Origin: Bacilli bacterium
Lineage (GTDB): Bacteria; Bacillota_I; Bacilli_A; RFN20; CAG-826
DNA length: 64,000 nucleotides
NCBI GenBank assembly: GCA_045597865.1
Contig: JAZLKX010000052.1
Span: forward strand, 64,001 to 128,000
Direction: 5' to 3'
Part shown: one piece after another, positions 47,084 through 57,108 of the stretch
Layout of the letters: every line of letters starts with the position of its first letter
Position numbering within the stretch: position 1 is the stretch's first letter
Position numbers and translations under genes: made by a program
Notes under the pieces: model-generated
What the model saw: only the letters and a program-made list of their open reading frames with translations
Database searches by the model: none
Told to the model about the DNA's origin: nothing

Positions 47084-47938
47084 ATGTATTTGGCGACTAT
47101 AAATAATCAATTTGACAACAGAATAAAGGGTCTTGAAATTGACAAGAGGGTTTGGACAAATGTTCTGAACTTAATCAAGAACCCACTTATCGTTACCGAC
47201 AAAGCTCAGATACCTCAATGGAAATTCTGCACTATAAAAGGTGAAAATAGATGTACAGAAAACATTGGGGCGACGAACATTCTGATTCTTGACTTTGATG
47301 ATAAGGATTACACATACCAAGAATTTGAAAAGCGTTTTCGTGAATACCGTTATATCATTCACACATCGCATTCTTATGACGGAACGAATAACAAGTTTCG
47401 TGTTCTTTTGTTTATGGACAAAGAATATGAAATTGATAAGCTCTTTGCTAAGTGTTACGATAAGACATTTAGTCCGTATGAATACTTGATGAAGTACTTT
47501 CCGCATATTGACCCAGCATCATTTGTCAAAGCACAGTTCTTTAAGATGCCTGCGGTAAAGTCAAAAGACGCACCTTACTATTACAACATTCATAATGGCA
47601 AACTTTGGTCGCCTGAAGCGATTGAAGGTTTCCCGTTTGCATATACTTTGTGTGAACAGAAACAAGATGAATACATCAGAAATCTTGAAAGAGAACGAGC
47701 AAAGAAAAGAACCGATAATCAAGATCTTTCTCGTGCCATTGATTACGTAAAAAGAAAGCTCGCTGAACTTCCAGCAGGTATGCGTCATAATGGTGTCTTT
47801 GGCATCGCTGCATGGTTTGCTGGCATTGGCGGATCATACGAAGAGTTCAGAAACATTGAAAAGCCAGCTTGGGCAGACCGCGCTTATGACAAGCAGATTA
47901 AGCGTCTTGCATTGGAATGGCATAAGCTAGGAAGATAA
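47084..47938 (+). CDS. primase-polymerase-like protein (AEP-type with PriCT-like C-terminus)
   Basis: LILDFDD, HTSHSY, KFRVLL, DPAS; C-terminal GMRHNGVF. Confidence 0.65.
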   Translation: MYLATINNQFDNRIKGLEIDKRVWTNVLNLIKNPLIVTDKAQIPQWKFCTIKGENRCTENIGATNILILDFDDKDYTYQEFEKRFREYRYIIHTSHSYDGTNNKFRVLLFMDKEYEIDKLFAKCYDKTFSPYEYLMKYFPHIDPASFVKAQFFKMPAVKSKDAPYYYNIHNGKLWSPEAIEGFPFAYTLCEQKQDEYIRNLERERAKKRTDNQDLSRAIDYVKRKLAELPAGMRHNGVFGIAAWFAGIGGSYEEFRNIEKPAWADRAYDKQIKRLALEWHKLGR

Positions 47939-47939
47939 A

Positions 47940-48302
47940 ATGTCGCATAAATCTTGGATAATGAAAAACCGTTCACAAATGGAAAAACCTAATTGGGACG
48001 GATATAATGGAAAACCAATCAGCAGAGCTACGACTGAAAACGCTTTAAAGATTGCTGACTACATTCCAGAAGAATACTTTGATGTAAGCTGGGACCCCGA
48101 AGGATATATTACGTTTGAGCCTATCTATGAATACGAAGGCTCTACATATACTAGCTTCGGCAATTACATTATTGATGTATATGCTGACAGGATTGAATGC
48201 TGGACACTTGGCGGCAAAAGCACTGAACCAGAAGTCTATAAATCGGTGAACGGTTTTATACAAGATGTCATTTCCCGCAAGATTCGTTTAAGCAGAAAGT
48301 GA
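47940..48302 (+). CDS. hypothetical protein
   Basis: NWDGYNGKPIS motif. Confidence 0.6.
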   Translation: MSHKSWIMKNRSQMEKPNWDGYNGKPISRATTENALKIADYIPEEYFDVSWDPEGYITFEPIYEYEGSTYTSFGNYIIDVYADRIECWTLGGKSTEPEVYKSVNGFIQDVISRKIRLSRK

Positions 48303-48338
48303 CCCATAAATATACCAAACATTATTGTGAGGTATATT

Positions 48339-49007
48339 ATGAAGATAGCGGGTTGCGATTTGTCCATATCGTCATCTGGTATTGTGATAGAGGATGTTGA
48401 TGACCAGTTTAATGTTCGGTCGGTAAATTATTTTGGCTTTACTGGAAAGAAAAAACTAGCCGCGGATAACATCCTTTATTACAATAACAAAGAATTCAAT
48501 ACGGATTATGAAAAGTACGCTTGGATGATTGACCACATCTTAGAGTGGTGTAAAGACTGCGATTACGTCGCGGTTGAAGATTACGCTATGCATGCTGGTG
48601 CGATGGGTATGATTTTTAATCTTGCTGAATTTGAGGGATTTGTTAAGCAAAGTCTTTTTAGACAAGGTAAAAAAATACGACTTTACTCCATCAATGGTAT
48701 CAAGAAATTTTTCAGTGGATATGGCCTATCTGATAAGATTGGCATGCGTGATGCTTTTGATAAACAAACTGGTATGAAACCCGATCTTTCAACTTTACCA
48801 GAAGTTAATAACGGCCACGGTGTTTCACCCACATCAGACATCATTGACGCTTTTGCTATCTGCGAGTTCCTAAGAACAGAATTGAAATTACGAGCCAATG
48901 TAATTACACAGACTGATCTTCCAAAACATCAAGGCGAGGCATTATACGTAATCACTAAAGATACACCGGATGGTTATGTGAATAAAAATTTTATTCACAG
49001 GGTATAA
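48339..49007 (+). CDS. RuvC-like Holliday junction resolvase
   Basis: IAGCDLSISSSG, VAVEDY, LAEF.G, IKKFFSG.G..DK, DIIDAFAI. Confidence 0.8.
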   Translation: MKIAGCDLSISSSGIVIEDVDDQFNVRSVNYFGFTGKKKLAADNILYYNNKEFNTDYEKYAWMIDHILEWCKDCDYVAVEDYAMHAGAMGMIFNLAEFEGFVKQSLFRQGKKIRLYSINGIKKFFSGYGLSDKIGMRDAFDKQTGMKPDLSTLPEVNNGHGVSPTSDIIDAFAICEFLRTELKLRANVITQTDLPKHQGEALYVITKDTPDGYVNKNFIHRV

Positions 49008-49020
49008 ATAATAAAAGGAC

Positions 49021-49122
49021 AGATGCTCACCTCGTGGCATTTGGGAGCTGTTGCCGCAGCTCCCTTACTTTTATAAATACAATAGCAGACGGCAATCTGC
49101 TTTATTTTTAGCGAGGTATTTT
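49021..49122 (+). promoter_or_regulatory. structured leader of homing endonuclease (two hairpins, anti-SD, internal late promoter)
   Basis: GGGAGCTG-TTGCCG-CAGCTCCC; TATAAATA 49072-49079; AGCAGA-CGGCAA-TCTGCT; ACCTCG complementary to SD CGAGGT. Confidence 0.7.
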
Positions 49123-50106
49123 ATGCATTGTGAAATATGCGGTTTTGAATGTGTGTCAGCTAAAGGCTTTGGCTTACATATTGTAAAGATTCATAAAATT
49201 TCAACTGAAACATATTATAAACAGTTTTTGTTAAAATCTGAAACTGATGGTCTATGTAAGACTTGTGGCAAGCCAACAAAGTTTAGAAATGTAGCATTTG
49301 GCTATTCTTCATTCTGTTGTTCCCGCTGTAGCACAGTAAATCCTGAAACGATTGAAAAATTAAAAGCAACCAATCTTCGCATTTATGGACAGGCGCATCA
49401 TAACGAATTATCTAAAGAAGAACGCGAAGCACGCCTTACAGAAAAACAAAGACTTACACCGCAACAGCGCAGAGAAGAAACTTGTTTAAGAAAATATGGT
49501 GTTAAATCGCCTTTATGTTTAAAAACGGTACATGAGCAAGGCAAATTAACTCAAATAGAAAAACATGGACATGTATGCAATTTTGCGTCCAAAGAATACA
49601 CAGAAAATTGGAAACAAAAATATAAAGAAAAGACTGGTTATGACTCGCCAAATCAAAATCCGATCGTAAAACAACGAAAAGTTGAAACTTATATGAATAA
49701 ATTTGGTGTTGATAATCCGATGCGAAATCATGACATAGTCGTGAAACGGCGTAAGCGATATGAATATGATGGAATGAACTTTGACAGTTCATGGGAACTT
49801 GCGTATTTCATTTATCTTACCGACCACGGTTTTACTTTTGAATATCACCCAAGCATTTCATTGCCATACACAACCGACGACGGAATTGCTCATCGGTATT
49901 TTCCAGACTTTAAAGTTGATGAACACCTTGTTGAAATAAAAGGTGCTCACTTGTTATCAGGTAACCTAAAGATTCCGGACGCTAAAATTAAATGCATGCA
50001 TGACAATTCAGTGAAAATAATTGATGCAATATCCATTAAGCCAATCATGACTTACATAAAGGATAAATATGGCAAAAATTATTTAAAACAGTTTCGGAAA
50101 ACATAA
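49123..50106 (+). mobile_element. free-standing homing endonuclease (Zn-finger, KYGV repeats, PD-(D/E)XK nuclease)
   Basis: CEIC...H...H, CKTCG..TKF, TCLRKYGV/KFGVDNP repeats, DSSWE...YFPDF...VEIKG. Confidence 0.75.
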
Positions 50107-50639
50107 TGGCAGGTCTTTTTAATGGCAATTATTCAAAGGGTGAGTTCATTCCGCGACATCCTGAGAAATGTTTGAATAAGAACGGCAAATATCCACCTAA
50201 TAAAAGCAAGATAACTTTCAGATCTTCGTGGGAATCCATTTTTGCTAACTGGTGTGACATTGAAGAAAACGTTATTGAGTGGGGAAGCGAACTTATCGAG
50301 ATTCCATACTTTTCGCAGATTGACCAGAAGTCACATGTGTATGTGACTGATTTTATCTTTATGTCAAAAAACCGTGATGGAACTGTTGATAAATGGTTGA
50401 TAGAAGTCAAGCCGGCTATTCAAGTTCCGCGTCTTGATGAATGCGGGCAGATTAAGTATCCTGATCTGGGCTCGAAGAAAAAACTCACTCAGAAGAAAAT
50501 TGAGCGTTGGCAGGAGACTTGTAATGTTTTGCGTAAGAACCATGAAAAATGGACGCAAGCAAGACTTTGGGCAAAAGCACATGGCTACAAATTCAAAGTA
50601 ATAACGGAGTCTGAACTAGGACTTACTTTGGAAAAATAA
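50106..50639 (+). CDS. head completion nuclease (T4 gp4-like)
   Basis: F.P.HPEK, FRSSWE..F..WCD, WGSE...IPY, YVTDF, IEVKP, KW..A..WA...G.KF.VITE. Confidence 0.9.
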   Translation: MAGLFNGNYSKGEFIPRHPEKCLNKNGKYPPNKSKITFRSSWESIFANWCDIEENVIEWGSELIEIPYFSQIDQKSHVYVTDFIFMSKNRDGTVDKWLIEVKPAIQVPRLDECGQIKYPDLGSKKKLTQKKIERWQETCNVLRKNHEKWTQARLWAKAHGYKFKVITESELGLTLEK

Positions 50640-50660
50640 ATACAACAAAGGAGAATTTTT

Positions 50661-51758
50661 ATGCTCATTAACGAAGGCGGAAACGCTAAGACAAAGAATG
50701 GCGATGAGACATCTAAAGTCAATATCGCCGAAATGGATGAAAGAACCTATAACTCTTATCGCAATGACATTGTGAAACTTGTTAAGGCTATCGCCGCTGC
50801 ATTCAATAAGGCAACTGGTGAAAAGCTCTTCCCGAATGAATCTGCTATTGATACTTATCAGGTATTCTCTGGTTCGGGCAACGCATTTTTCAAGCGTGAC
50901 TATGCGGAATATACCAAGGTAAAGCCTAAGCTCGGCGACATTGACGTTCAGGTTGACGCCGCTAAGCGTCAAGCAATCATTGACTTCCTGAAGTCCAGCG
51001 AAGGCGCTAAGTGGAACGGTTTCACATATCTCGGCTCTATGTTCACGGGCGATGTGTACAACATCTTCAAGGCTCCGGCTAAGTACAATCCGCAGGCAAC
51101 CAACATTCAAATTGACTTTGAGTTCGTTGACTTTGACGAGAATGGCAACCCGGACGAGTTTGACACTTACGTCAAGAATTCCGAATGGGAAGACATGAGC
51201 CAGGGTATCAAGGGCTTGGCAAAGCAGATTATCATTTCCACGCTGTATAAGGTAATCTATGCTCGTCAGGGCGTTCTTTTCCAGAATAAGAAGGATTTGC
51301 CTTCCAAGAATCAGGGTGACGGTAACTTCCCGACTAAGTCATTCGGTTTCAAGGGAACCCGCAGCAAGTATGCTCCTGTACTTGACGCTGATGGAAAACA
51401 GGTGATGCATGATGGCAAGCCTGCTGTTCGTGAACTCTCAGTTGATGCTACTGGAACTGAAAAATCAGTCGCTAAGGTCTTCCAGGACATCTTTGGCAAG
51501 GAACCGTCTGTCAAGGAAAAGCAGATGATCTATTCTTACACCGGTGTGCTTGCGCTGATGAAGAAATACCTCAACAAGGCAACTATTCAGAAGATCTTTG
51601 ATGCGTACAGAAAGGATCTTGACGAGAAGGGTGGTGGCGAACCTGAGGTTATTGAACCGATTCTGAATAAGTTCAAGGCGGTGTTCCCGTACGTCATTAA
51701 CAAGGATGAAGCTTCTGCTTGGGAGCTTTACATCAATAAGCAGCTCATTGAAGGGTAA
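50661..51758 (+). CDS. Pol-beta-superfamily nucleotidyltransferase-like protein
   Basis: SGSG and GDIDVQV motifs, later IQIDF; begins MLINEGGN. Confidence 0.6.
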   Translation: MLINEGGNAKTKNGDETSKVNIAEMDERTYNSYRNDIVKLVKAIAAAFNKATGEKLFPNESAIDTYQVFSGSGNAFFKRDYAEYTKVKPKLGDIDVQVDAAKRQAIIDFLKSSEGAKWNGFTYLGSMFTGDVYNIFKAPAKYNPQATNIQIDFEFVDFDENGNPDEFDTYVKNSEWEDMSQGIKGLAKQIIISTLYKVIYARQGVLFQNKKDLPSKNQGDGNFPTKSFGFKGTRSKYAPVLDADGKQVMHDGKPAVRELSVDATGTEKSVAKVFQDIFGKEPSVKEKQMIYSYTGVLALMKKYLNKATIQKIFDAYRKDLDEKGGGEPEVIEPILNKFKAVFPYVINKDEASAWELYINKQLIEG

Positions 51759-51760
51759 TC

Positions 51761-53464
51761 ATGCCTATCATTCATAAGACAATTATCGGCGACAAGCCGA
51801 ACAAGCCTAATTACGGTCAGAAGATCATAATCCGCCGTTATACATTCAACGCCGACAATAAACCGCTCGGCGTTGTGTATGGCTGTTTCTCGCCTTTCAC
51901 AGGAAAGAACGGTCATGGCCGTTTGCTATCCGAAGCTCGTAAGCAAGGCATTGAAGAATTCGTCATCTGCTCTCCGAATAAGAAGGAGACGCTTGACAGT
52001 GACCGCAATATGTTTACCCTCCAGCAGAAGGTTGAAATCGCTAAGAAAGGCTGCGAAGATATCGGTTATGATGTTTTGGACGCATTCATTTCAGCAAGCA
52101 ACAACTACCTCGCTGCATTAACCGACATCGCTGAAAAATGGCAAGACCGCCGTATCGTTCTGATCTGTGGTCCTGACCGTATTCCTGTCTATGGAAAGAC
52201 CTGCGATGTATACGACCCGTCAAATGACGCTGAGGGCCAGGAATGCAATTTCGAGTTCATCGGTATTCCTGACAGAGGTGACGGTGGCGTCTCCGGCACC
52301 TATGTCCGTGAATGTATCAGAAACAATGACGCTGAAGGCTTCTGCCAGATGACAGGCTACTCCCCGAAGATGTGGGCACTTTGCCGTGGCATGGCAGAAA
52401 AGAACGGTACCCTTGATGAATCTCGGTTCTTCCTTGATTACAAGCTACTTGAGGCTATGGAAGCTACTGCACGTAAAGGTATACAGCATCTTTACAACCC
52501 AGGCAATTCAATGGAACTTGGCCAAGCTGATTTTATTGACCTGCTTGACTACCTTCAGAAGCAAGGCAAGCTTATCAATGGTAAGAACTTCTCATTGACA
52601 GAAAAATCTGACGGTGCTGCATTCCGTATGGGCATTGATGATGAAGGCCAGTTCTTTATTGAACAGTCTTACTCTGGACCGATCTATGACTCTGACACAC
52701 TTCGTTCTAAGTATGAGCAGAAGTATGGCCGCTCAATCCGCCTTGGCCGTGGCTGGGCAAACATGATGGACAAGCTAAAGGCTGACCGTAAGACGCAGGC
52801 CTGCCTCAAGAAGGTCTATGAAAAGTTTGGTGCATTTAAGATCAACGCCGAAATCTTCATCTCAGAACTTGGCATGGAAGATGGTGAAGGCAACATGACA
52901 TTCGTTGCTTCTAGATACAGCAAGGACAAGATTGGCAAGGACGGAACCATCGTTATGTTCATGGTCGCTGGGCCTGATGGCAAGCCGCTTGACGCTTCCA
53001 ATCGTATCATCAAGTTCATGATTAAGAACGGCACATCTGAATCTATCAAGTATGATGACGCTGAACTTAACACCGAACAGAAGATTGAACTTGACCTTGG
53101 ACCGACCATTAAGCAGATCAAGAACAACCTCAAGGAACTAGAGGAAACATTGCCTGGCAGCATTAAAGAAATCCTTGCCAATACTTCTCGTAAGAAGGAC
53201 GACCTTGCCCTTAAGAAACAGGTTAAGCAAGCAGTTGAGGAACAACAAGGCATTCTGAATGCTGTATTTGAGAAACAGCTTGAACATTATGAAGGTAAGT
53301 GGGGTCCTGACTACGAAGGTGTCGTTATTAAGTTGAAAGACGGAACGATGCTGAAGATTACCTCAAAGAAGTTCAAAGAGTTCAAGGCGTCACATGATGA
53401 TTCTATGCAGCATTTCCTATTTGATGAATCATTTAAGCGTGACTTCATCAATTACTTGCGCTAA
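51761..53464 (+). CDS. HxGH cytidylyltransferase-like domain fused to ATP-dependent ligase-like domain
   Basis: GCFSPFTGKNGH, CGPDR, SGTYVR; second domain TEKSDG, EGVVIK...LKIT. Confidence 0.65.
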   Translation: MPIIHKTIIGDKPNKPNYGQKIIIRRYTFNADNKPLGVVYGCFSPFTGKNGHGRLLSEARKQGIEEFVICSPNKKETLDSDRNMFTLQQKVEIAKKGCEDIGYDVLDAFISASNNYLAALTDIAEKWQDRRIVLICGPDRIPVYGKTCDVYDPSNDAEGQECNFEFIGIPDRGDGGVSGTYVRECIRNNDAEGFCQMTGYSPKMWALCRGMAEKNGTLDESRFFLDYKLLEAMEATARKGIQHLYNPGNSMELGQADFIDLLDYLQKQGKLINGKNFSLTEKSDGAAFRMGIDDEGQFFIEQSYSGPIYDSDTLRSKYEQKYGRSIRLGRGWANMMDKLKADRKTQACLKKVYEKFGAFKINAEIFISELGMEDGEGNMTFVASRYSKDKIGKDGTIVMFMVAGPDGKPLDASNRIIKFMIKNGTSESIKYDDAELNTEQKIELDLGPTIKQIKNNLKELEETLPGSIKEILANTSRKKDDLALKKQVKQAVEEQQGILNAVFEKQLEHYEGKWGPDYEGVVIKLKDGTMLKITSKKFKEFKASHDDSMQHFLFDESFKRDFINYLR

Positions 53465-53531
53465 CTTTTGCTAATCTGGAGGGTTCAATGAACACCCATT
53501 TTAGTATAAATAAACAGTAAAGGAGATTTCT

Positions 53532-55229
53532 ATGGCTCAAGAAAAATTTATCAAGTGGCTTAATGAAAACATGCCAAGCATTGGACGGTTTACATTGAAT
53601 GAAGGCAGCGGTTCAATTCCTGGCACAAAGGGAAAGCTAGAAGCCAAGGCAAAGTATCTTAAACAGATCGCTGACGCGGTTGGTATCAATGGCAAGATTC
53701 CTACTGAAACTGAAGCATCTGAGATTCTTATGGCTGGTAAAGTTAATGACATTCCTGTATTCTTCAAGGATACCAACGGCACATTGAACGTAACTCGTTC
53801 AAAGATTGATTCTGTTGCATCAGCTTTGACAAAGAAGGGCATGAACTGCGAGGTACTTAAAGACGCCCTGCTTATTAAGTTTGAAGACGGACAGTCTACA
53901 TCAATGAGATTTTCAAGTAAATCTGTCGCTAAAAAATCTCAGGGTGAAGAAACTGTTGTTGGTAAGTACTTCACATCTCAGAATTTCGTGACTGCTGTTC
54001 AGGAATCTGTTACTGCTGGCATTCTTCAGCTCATGGCATCTAAGCACAAGATTGGCGAAGTCACACTACCAGATTTCATTAAGAACATGATTGGTGGTGA
54101 AAAGGCTGAAAAGAAGCTTTCCAAGTTTCAGAAATGGCTGCTTGCATCTAATCCCGCAACCGATGAAGGTATCTGCCGTTACATTGACTGTGGAGTAGAT
54201 CCAGCTGACGCTGAACAGTGGCAGCGAGAATGGGTAGCATTCCTAATCAATGGTCAGTCCGCAGGTGACCGCTGGATAACCGCATTCAACAATCTTTACA
54301 ACAGTTCTATCCTTGGCGAAATTGCATCCGTGTTCAAGAACGGCGTATCAAACTGGTCCGCAGCTCGTTTCATGCATTTCTTCACTAAGACTGGTGCTAA
54401 AACATATCATGGTAGCTGGCTTGAAAATTATCTTGTGAACGACCGTTGCGGTATGAAAAAGGATACAGTTGATAAGACCGATATCATTCTTTGTTTCAAT
54501 GAAACAAAGGCTAAGCAAGCCGTCGCTGCACTTTTTGCTCAGGACGACCGCCAGGAATACTTCAGGCTAATGAATCAGTTCATCAATGACAAGGACTTCA
54601 TTGGTATCTCCCTGAAGAAGGTTGGTTCATCCGTTAACCTAGCAGCAGTAAACTTCAAAACAGGATCTACTGCTATCGGGCAAAATATCTCTGATAAAAA
54701 GAAAATTTGCTTGAAGTTTGAAGATATTGGGTCTAATAACAATACCTTTGACATTAAGAATGCAAAGATCGCAAACCCATCGCTTACTGATGACAAAGGT
54801 AAGTATAAGGTGTCTTACATTATCCAGATTAAGTTCAATAAAGGACATGGACATGATATTCACCAGAGCGATGTTGACATTTTGAACATCAACGTAAGAA
54901 GCGGCAATAGCTCTCACAAGAGCGTTGTGATTGAAGGTGCTATCACTAATGCTAAGGCACAGCTTGGTAAGATGAGTACATTCGTTAAGGATGTACTTAA
55001 GTATGACGCTACTGCTGACTATACTCGCCGCGTTGATGCACGAAGCACACCTGAAGAAGTTGCTGCTGCATATCTTGCAGTCGCTAAGAACTTCCTTGCT
55101 TTGATTAAGGCTAATGAAGAAGGCTTCTACCGAATACTTGCTGGCGGTATTGCATACCCAGTTCAGCTTGGTAAAGCAGAAGATGACAACTTTATCATTG
55201 AGTCCGCGCCGTACATCAAGATCTACTAA
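53532..55229 (+). CDS. large late protein with possible PD-(D/E)XK-like domain
   Basis: Late promoter at 53505; QES, DKTDII, GISLKK, AQLGK motifs. Confidence 0.5.
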   Translation: MAQEKFIKWLNENMPSIGRFTLNEGSGSIPGTKGKLEAKAKYLKQIADAVGINGKIPTETEASEILMAGKVNDIPVFFKDTNGTLNVTRSKIDSVASALTKKGMNCEVLKDALLIKFEDGQSTSMRFSSKSVAKKSQGEETVVGKYFTSQNFVTAVQESVTAGILQLMASKHKIGEVTLPDFIKNMIGGEKAEKKLSKFQKWLLASNPATDEGICRYIDCGVDPADAEQWQREWVAFLINGQSAGDRWITAFNNLYNSSILGEIASVFKNGVSNWSAARFMHFFTKTGAKTYHGSWLENYLVNDRCGMKKDTVDKTDIILCFNETKAKQAVAALFAQDDRQEYFRLMNQFINDKDFIGISLKKVGSSVNLAAVNFKTGSTAIGQNISDKKKICLKFEDIGSNNNTFDIKNAKIANPSLTDDKGKYKVSYIIQIKFNKGHGHDIHQSDVDILNINVRSGNSSHKSVVIEGAITNAKAQLGKMSTFVKDVLKYDATADYTRRVDARSTPEEVAAAYLAVAKNFLALIKANEEGFYRILAGGIAYPVQLGKAEDDNFIIESAPYIKIY

Positions 55230-55312
55230 TCACATTGGAAAATTTTCAAGAGGCGGGCGAAAGCTCGCCTTTTTTTTGTTATATTTTAACTATATGAAAA
55301 AGGAATTAGACT

Positions 55313-56116
55313 ATGAACATTCATGAAGAATTATGGCACGCATTTAACGACATTTCATTTGAAGAAACACAGCATAAGTACACCGACTCCCTAGGAACTA
55401 TCTATAATTCGGCTACTGGATGGATTCATAAGTTCTCGCCTGAAAAGGACTGGGACGCCATTCGTGCTAAAGCTGCTTTAAAGAAAATCAAGGCTGAAAA
55501 AGGCTCAAGCCATGTTCCTTCCGCTGAAGAACTCGCTATTAAGTCAGAAGAGCTTAGGGTTGAATGGGCCAAGAGTGGTGATTATGCGTGTAACCTTGGA
55601 ACTCAGATTCATTCTGTGATGGAAAATTTATGGTATAAGAAAGACTACCATTTTGACTCAAGACTTGATGAAGAATTTCCTGAAATGCGTGCTGATTTTG
55701 ATTACCGCAAAATGCGCTGCATTGAATTATTTAAGAAGATGAAGCGTATCTATGCGCCTGTCGCAAATGAATTTATTGTGTACGACCAGCCGCATGGCAT
55801 CTGCGGAACCATTGACTTCCTTGCATACAACACAAAGACAGGTAAGTATGCAATTATTGACTGGAAGACAAGTAAGAAATTTGAAGTAGGCAATAATTTC
55901 AATGAATATTTGAAGGCGCCGTTTGATGATGTTGAGTCATGCAACACAGCGGAATACTCGTTGCAGTTAAGCCTTTATAAGTACATGTTGGAGAAACATA
56001 CATCCATTCGTATTGATGAAATGCTACTGTTTCAGATTCCTGGAAAAGAAACAGCTATGCCTCAGGTATTTCGTTGTTATGATTTTTCTGACCGAATTGC
56101 TAAGCTACTTCAATAG
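55313..56116 (+). CDS. PD-(D/E)XK exonuclease (Cas4/RecB-like)
   Basis: GTQIHS..E, NE, CGTIDFL, IIDWKT, YSLQLSLY. Confidence 0.85.
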   Translation: MNIHEELWHAFNDISFEETQHKYTDSLGTIYNSATGWIHKFSPEKDWDAIRAKAALKKIKAEKGSSHVPSAEELAIKSEELRVEWAKSGDYACNLGTQIHSVMENLWYKKDYHFDSRLDEEFPEMRADFDYRKMRCIELFKKMKRIYAPVANEFIVYDQPHGICGTIDFLAYNTKTGKYAIIDWKTSKKFEVGNNFNEYLKAPFDDVESCNTAEYSLQLSLYKYMLEKHTSIRIDEMLLFQIPGKETAMPQVFRCYDFSDRIAKLLQ

Positions 56117-56128
56117 AAAAATCTTTAG

Positions 56129-56167
56129 GCGTTGACTATTTACAGTCAACGCTTTTTTAATTAAATT
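56129..56167 (+). terminator. terminator hairpin overlapping an early promoter
   Basis: GCGTTGACT-ATTTAC-AGTCAACGC plus T6; TTTACA (56139) -17 nt- TAAATT (56162). Confidence 0.7.
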
Positions 56168-56173
56168 TGTAAT

Positions 56174-56631
56174 ATGATACACCACTACTGCGAAAACATT
56201 ACTGAGCTTATTAACCGAACTGATCCGTTGCCACCTTCCGAATACGCTGAAATAAAGTTGTTTCTGTATATTAAGCGTCCAACGTCTCCAACGGATCTTG
56301 ATTTTACATGTATCATTGAACGTGAACTTGATAAAGTTCTGATTAGTGGTATTAGAAGCTGCATAGAATATCTTAGCCACCCGCCGAGGGAACTATTGTT
56401 CCGTCTAGAATCATCACAGCCATCATTAACAATTTAAGCAATGCGCTTGCCAAAGCAAACACTAGTAAAAGATGGGCAAATGATATAGACCGTTGTGTTA
56501 AGTACTTATATATTCAATACGGTCAACACGATGTTGAACCTATTATTCAGCGTGAAATAGCTTTATTCACAAAAGATTTAAACAAAAGTAAAATCCTTGA
56601 AGATGAAATGAACATCAAAGGAATCCAATAA
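56174..56631 (+). CDS. hypothetical protein split by a frameshift near 56380-56382
   Basis: Adding one C in CACCCGCC gives ..SHPAEGTIVPSRII..KGIQ*, ending at the next RBS. Confidence 0.5.
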
Positions 56632-56643
56632 GGAGACATAAAT

Positions 56644-57099
56644 ATGGCATCAGAAAACTACAACATTCTTCAATACACACTTGGTGATCCGTCTGATGAT
56701 GGCCACGGTAAAACATCCAGCGGTTACATTCGCGTAAATCACACAAACGAAGAACTGGCCGAAGCAATGAAAAAGTTTGTTGCTGCGACTGGTTGTGACT
56801 GGGAACAGTGGGTTAGCGATTATGAAGAATCTACCATTCCGCCTGAAGATACCGAAAAGATCTCTCAGTACCTCAATGACAAGACTTTGCAAGATTTTGA
56901 GGTATATGATGCCGATGAATACTATGATGAAGACGAATGCAAGGAAGGTGACCGCTGCATCTATCTTGATACAGACACTTACATCGATTTGTTGATGAAG
57001 ATCTGTAAGGTTGCTTTGCCTGACCTTGATTGGGGCTGGCATTCACCAAAATCTAAACAGGCATTCTTTGACGGTAAAGGATACGGTCTTTTCTATTAA
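56644..57099 (+). CDS. hypothetical acidic protein
   Basis: LGDPSDDGHGK motif; RBS AAGGAG. Confidence 0.65.
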   Translation: MASENYNILQYTLGDPSDDGHGKTSSGYIRVNHTNEELAEAMKKFVAATGCDWEQWVSDYEESTIPPEDTEKISQYLNDKTLQDFEVYDADEYYDEDECKEGDRCIYLDTDTYIDLLMKICKVALPDLDWGWHSPKSKQAFFDGKGYGLFY

Positions 57100-57108
57100 G
57101 GAAACATA

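Noticed and set aside
55313-56116. Cas4 as evidence of a CRISPR-Cas system
   Set aside because: Stand-alone phage PD-(D/E)XK exonuclease with no array or other cas genes, and no clear Fe-S cysteine set
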